From Malacoraja senta (taxonomy: Eukaryota): DNA of 64,000 nucleotides. The stretch lies in contig CM075989.1 in NCBI GenBank assembly GCA_038087875.1, positions 4,154,001 through 4,218,000 of the forward strand, written 5' to 3'. Below the pieces are notes generated by a model. It was not told the origin of the DNA. It saw only the letters and a list, made by a program, of their open reading frames with translations, and ran no database searches. Positions 62,891 through 64,000 of the stretch are shown one piece after another (the first letter of the stretch is position 1; the number at the start of each line of letters is the position of its first letter). A program made the translations under genes and the position numbers.

Positions 62891-63339
62891 CATGTAAATG
62901 CTACGATGGTTCAATGGTGCTTTTAGAGTCACATGTGCGAAGTGCAAATGCACAGTGACATTTTCTTACAGACAGTCCAGTAGAGTATTGCCATTGGGAA
63001 ACTGATCTCTGATTAGCAAACTGTACAGAAATAGTCTATTGGTCATGCATGCACAAGGCGCCATGTTTGGGCGTAATTTTCAGAGTCCAGTCCAGGCTCT
63101 TGGTATTATGAGCAATGCCCGTTTCAAGTGAGCCCCAGGCTGCAGTGGACCTCCAGCTGTTGTCTTGCTTGAACATGCAGGTAGACCTGCGATCTGACAT
63201 CACTCTCATCGCCCGTCCGCCAAACATATAGAGGAATATGGGCCAAACACAGACAGGTGGGACTAGCATAGACGAGGCATCTTAGTCGGTATAAGCATGC
63301 TGGCTCGAAGGGCCTGTTTATGTGCTATCTGACTCCGAC

Positions 63340-63662
63340 AGTTTAGTTCAGTTTAGAGATGCAGGGCAGAAACAGGCCCTTTGGCCCATCGGGTCCGCAC
63401 TGACCAGCGATCCCCGCACATTAACACTATCCTACACACGCACTAGGGACAATTTACACATACACCGAGCCAATTAACCTCCACACCTGTACGTCTTTGG
63501 AGTGTTGGAGGAAACTGAAGATCTCGGATAAAGTCCACGTAGTCACGGGGAGAACGTACAAACTCCGTACAGACAGCACCCGTAGTCAGGATCCAACCCA
63601 GGTCTCCGGCGCTGCAAGCACTGTAGGGCAGCAATTCTACCGCTGCACCACCATGCCACCCC
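63340..63662 (-). mobile_element. tRNA-derived SINE
   Basis: Reverse HE1-type unit, full length. Confidence 0.85.
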
Positions 63663-64000
63663 TAGACTTCCCAGAGCCCACACCTTGGGCATGGAGTGGG
63701 CTAACTGAGTCCCTTTACATGGACACATGATCAGGGCGACACAAGTTGAAGCTTCTGCGAACTCCACTTACAAGCACACAGAAGTCTCGATCTTCATGGA
63801 GGACTACAAACAATGAAGTGTCATATTATACGAGAATCATTTAATGCATAAAATGAGTACATCAACCTAAATCTGATTATTTTTAGTTTGACGTGCTCCT
63901 TATCACAAATTTTGGTCAGCCTTAATTGATGGGAGGTGTGTATGCTGAAGATGTCATCACATGCTCAGAATACAATGCGGAAATGCCCCAATGTTGGGAT

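Overview
Eukaryotic, gene-poor 64-kb window. The repeat content (HE1/V-SINE-type tRNA SINEs, CR1/HER1-type LINEs, Penelope-like terminal repeats) points to a cartilaginous fish, probably a skate or ray; this is inferred. I found no host protein-coding gene. The one clear gene is a microRNA-9 precursor on the + strand: miR-9-5p at 29528-29550 and miR-9-3p at 29567-29588. It lies near the right end of a ~20-kb domain (~11.3-31.7 kb) that is almost free of transposons and visibly retains CpG. That domain holds two CpG-island/promoter-like regions, candidate neural enhancer motifs and splice signals for a probable spliced lncRNA host transcript. The flanks (0-11.3 kb and 31.7-64 kb) are dense with nested mobile elements: SINEs, CR1 and Rex/Babar-type LINE fragments, two PIF/Harbinger-type MITEs and more than 25 Penelope-like terminal-repeat copies carrying a minimal hammerhead-ribozyme-like core. 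The most unusual structure is a five-unit, 41-bp tandem array of that core at 59957-60161, bounded by a 14-bp target-site duplication. All repeat-family names come from recalled motifs, not database searches, and most element boundaries are approximate.
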